Source of the DNA: a virus | Length of the DNA: 63,050 nt | Reading direction: 5' to 3' (one strand) | IMG/VR virus record: IMGVR_UViG_3300045988_082360 | Position numbers and translations under genes: made by a program | Part shown: piece by piece, positions 61,261-63,050 of the stretch | Layout: each line of letters opens with the position of its first letter | Position numbering within the stretch: the stretch's first letter is position 1 | Notes under the pieces: generated by a model | What the model saw: the letters and a program-made list of their open reading frames with translations, nothing else | The model's database searches: none | What the model was told of the DNA's origin: nothing

Positions 61261-61640
61261 TGTTGAAGAAACAGCTTAAAAATTCAGAAATGGTCGTGAT
61301 GGTCCAGAACCTGCGGCCGCTTCTTCAGCTCCGCAACAAGATCGGCTATATCGCCGCGAGGAACTTCCGGATGCTTTCTACTGCTTTGACCGAGTATGAA
61401 GCATTCAAACACGACCTCATCAACAAATACGGAGAGCCCGACAAGGATGAAAGTGGCAACGAGACCGGAACCATTTCCATCAAGGTGGGCTCTCCTAATT
61501 TTAAGGCCTTCTGCGACGAGCTTGCTCCGTTCAACGAGATGGAGCATGAGGTCGAGCTGATGACTGCCAAGTATGAAGATACGATCGGCTGTCTGAGCGG
61601 CGAGGAGATCCTGCTGCTCGACTGGATGCTGGAGGACTAA
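61260..61640 (+). CDS. hypothetical tail-module protein
   Basis: ATG overlaps the upstream stop (TAATG). Confidence 0.4.
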   Translation: MLKKQLKNSEMVVMVQNLRPLLQLRNKIGYIAARNFRMLSTALTEYEAFKHDLINKYGEPDKDESGNETGTISIKVGSPNFKAFCDELAPFNEMEHEVELMTAKYEDTIGCLSGEEILLLDWMLED

Positions 61641-61656
61641 GGAAGGAGTGATTTAG

Positions 61657-62949
61657 ATGGCTGATATCAGCAGCTTTCTGAAAAAAATCCTCAGCGCCAT
61701 TTATGGCGAAGAGGTTCGCGGCTCCATCCATGATGCTCTGGCGGCGATGAACACGGAGTCCAGCAGCGCGATGGAGTTTGCCTCCACAGCCAAGGATTCC
61801 GCACAGGCAAATGCCGCGGCTGCCAAGAAGTCCGCAGAAGATGCCGAGAAAAAGGCGACAAGCGCCTCAGAATCCGCTGCGGCGGCTGCACTCTCCGAGG
61901 GAAGCATCAAGACTTCTGAGGAAAATGTCAACAAGCAGGCCGCAGACGCAAAAGAAGCTGCCGCCGGTGCTAAGGCATCTGAGACAGAGGCGAAGAACTC
62001 GGAAGAGATCACCAAACAGAAGGCACGGGAGGCCACGGACGCCAAGACAGCGGCGATGCTTGCCGAGGGAGAGGTCAAGGCCGCCGAGGAGCGCGTGAGA
62101 ACCATCCGCTCAGAGGCTGAGACACTGGGCACACAGGCTACTGCTGACCGCAACGCAGCGGAAGAGGCCCGTGCTGCTGCGGAAGCTGCAAGAGATGCGG
62201 CGTCGAACAGTCAAAATGGAGCAAAAGCATCGGAAAATGCCGCTGCTGCATCGAAGACGGACGCCGAAGCCGCTAAAACGGCTGCTGTGGACGCCCGTGA
62301 CAAGGCGCAGACCGCTAAAACGGCCGCCGAGAACGCGCGGGAGTCCGCCGAGAACTCTGAGGCAAACGCCAAGACTTACAAGGAGTCTGCCGCAGAGAGT
62401 GCCGCGACCGCACAGCAGTACAGCGGCAAGCCGCCTAAGCCGGAGAACGGTACCTGGTGGATCTGGGACGCTGAGAAGGGCACCTATGTGAACACCAACA
62501 TCAGCTGCGAGCTGACCGGCCCGACCGGCAACGGTATCCAGAGCATTCAGTTGACGCAGGGCAATCATACGCCAGGCTCGACTGATATTTACACCGTTAC
62601 GATGACAGACGGAAGCAAGTACAACATCGCCGTCTACAACGGTCTGAACGGAACGGGTACGGGCGATGTGCTCGGCATCCATTTCGATCTGGTGCTTCCG
62701 GCCTCCGGATGGTCGAACGGTTCCATCACTGTGGCGGAGAGCCGCCTTGTGGCCGCTGCCAAGTACAAATACCTCATTGATGCATATGAAGCCAGCCGTG
62801 AAGAATACCTCGAATGCAATGTGCGTCCGAAAGACATCTCCACGACCGGCTTCATCACATTTGTGAACGATACCGACCCGATCAAAGACATCACGGTGAA
62901 CATCGTGCGTCTTGAACTGTCGGTCAATGCCGAAGAAGGAGGCGAATGA
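61657..62949 (+). CDS. fibre protein with Ala/Glu/Lys-rich coiled coil and C-terminal globular domain
   Basis: It has long AAxxAxxSAExA-type repeats at nt ~61780-62420, followed by GKPPKPENGTWWIWDAEKGTYVNTNI... Confidence 0.6.
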   Translation: MADISSFLKKILSAIYGEEVRGSIHDALAAMNTESSSAMEFASTAKDSAQANAAAAKKSAEDAEKKATSASESAAAAALSEGSIKTSEENVNKQAADAKEAAAGAKASETEAKNSEEITKQKAREATDAKTAAMLAEGEVKAAEERVRTIRSEAETLGTQATADRNAAEEARAAAEAARDAASNSQNGAKASENAAAASKTDAEAAKTAAVDARDKAQTAKTAAENARESAENSEANAKTYKESAAESAATAQQYSGKPPKPENGTWWIWDAEKGTYVNTNISCELTGPTGNGIQSIQLTQGNHTPGSTDIYTVTMTDGSKYNIAVYNGLNGTGTGDVLGIHFDLVLPASGWSNGSITVAESRLVAAAKYKYLIDAYEASREEYLECNVRPKDISTTGFITFVNDTDPIKDITVNIVRLELSVNAEEGGE

Positions 62950-62950
62950 T

Positions 62951-63050
62951 TTGAAAATCGCGATCAAAAGCTGCTTCACCACGCTGGTGGAGGACACTAC
63001 ACTGATCCAGAACGCAGCGACGCCTTATCCGGTCGAATTCGCCTTCAGCA
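62951..63050 (+). CDS. 5' part of the junction-spanning tail-fibre-module gene (continues at nt 1-555)
   Basis: AGGAGG lies 9 nt before TTG 62951. The frame is in phase with ATG 55 after circularisation. Confidence 0.55.
   Translation, partial: MKIAIKSCFTTLVEDTTLIQNAATPYPVEFAFS
62996..63050. repeat. terminal redundancy, identical to nt 1-55
   Basis: Exact 55-nt identity with the window start. Confidence 0.9.

Overview
The window is a complete, circularly permuted phage genome of about 62,995 bp. Nt 1-55 are identical to nt 62996-63050, and one tail-fibre-module gene runs across that junction. It looks like a temperate siphovirus-type phage: HK97-fold capsid fused to its protease, a 2,395-aa tape measure, no sheath genes, and a tyrosine integrase. 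GGAGG-type ribosome-binding sites and XkdX-, SleB- and ArpU-like genes suggest a Gram-positive, possibly Clostridia-like, host; that is inference only. Every gene except the integrase is on the + strand.

Modules in order:
- 62951->7664: tail fibres, a diversity-generating retroelement (DGR; target gene plus reverse transcriptase), XkdX and holins.
- 7.7-10.8 kb: integrase and regulators.
- 10.8-19.4 kb: many short transcription units with paralogous membrane-protein cassettes and one aberrant tRNA-like gene.
- 19.4-33.1 kb: replication and nucleotide metabolism. This includes a 1,341-aa P-loop/prim-pol/PolB fusion, an SSB-like protein, a methyltransferase-like protein, an SNF2 helicase, and HAD, ThyX-like, MazG and DUF1599-like proteins.
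- 33.1-33.7 kb: a gene-free control region with an iteron-like array and a promoter-leader-terminator unit.
- 33.7-62.9 kb: nucleases, a large polymerase-like protein, terminase plus HNH, portal, protease-capsid fusion, tail, tape measure, Dit and Tal-like proteins.

Most interesting observations:
1. An 896-aa protein carries the ADFDGDQ metal loop of two-barrel RNA polymerases (YonO/RdRP-like) plus three HTH segments.
2. A 28-nt contiguous motif occurs nine times in front of short operons and does not fit sigma-70 geometry. It is a candidate promoter for that polymerase.
3. The DGR has only one adenine-rich repeat copy, fused in frame to the target gene, and its RT has QMDN in place of YxDD.
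4. A tRNA-like gene has a 19-nt anticodon arm and no U33.

All functional calls rest on motifs read by eye. No database search was run.
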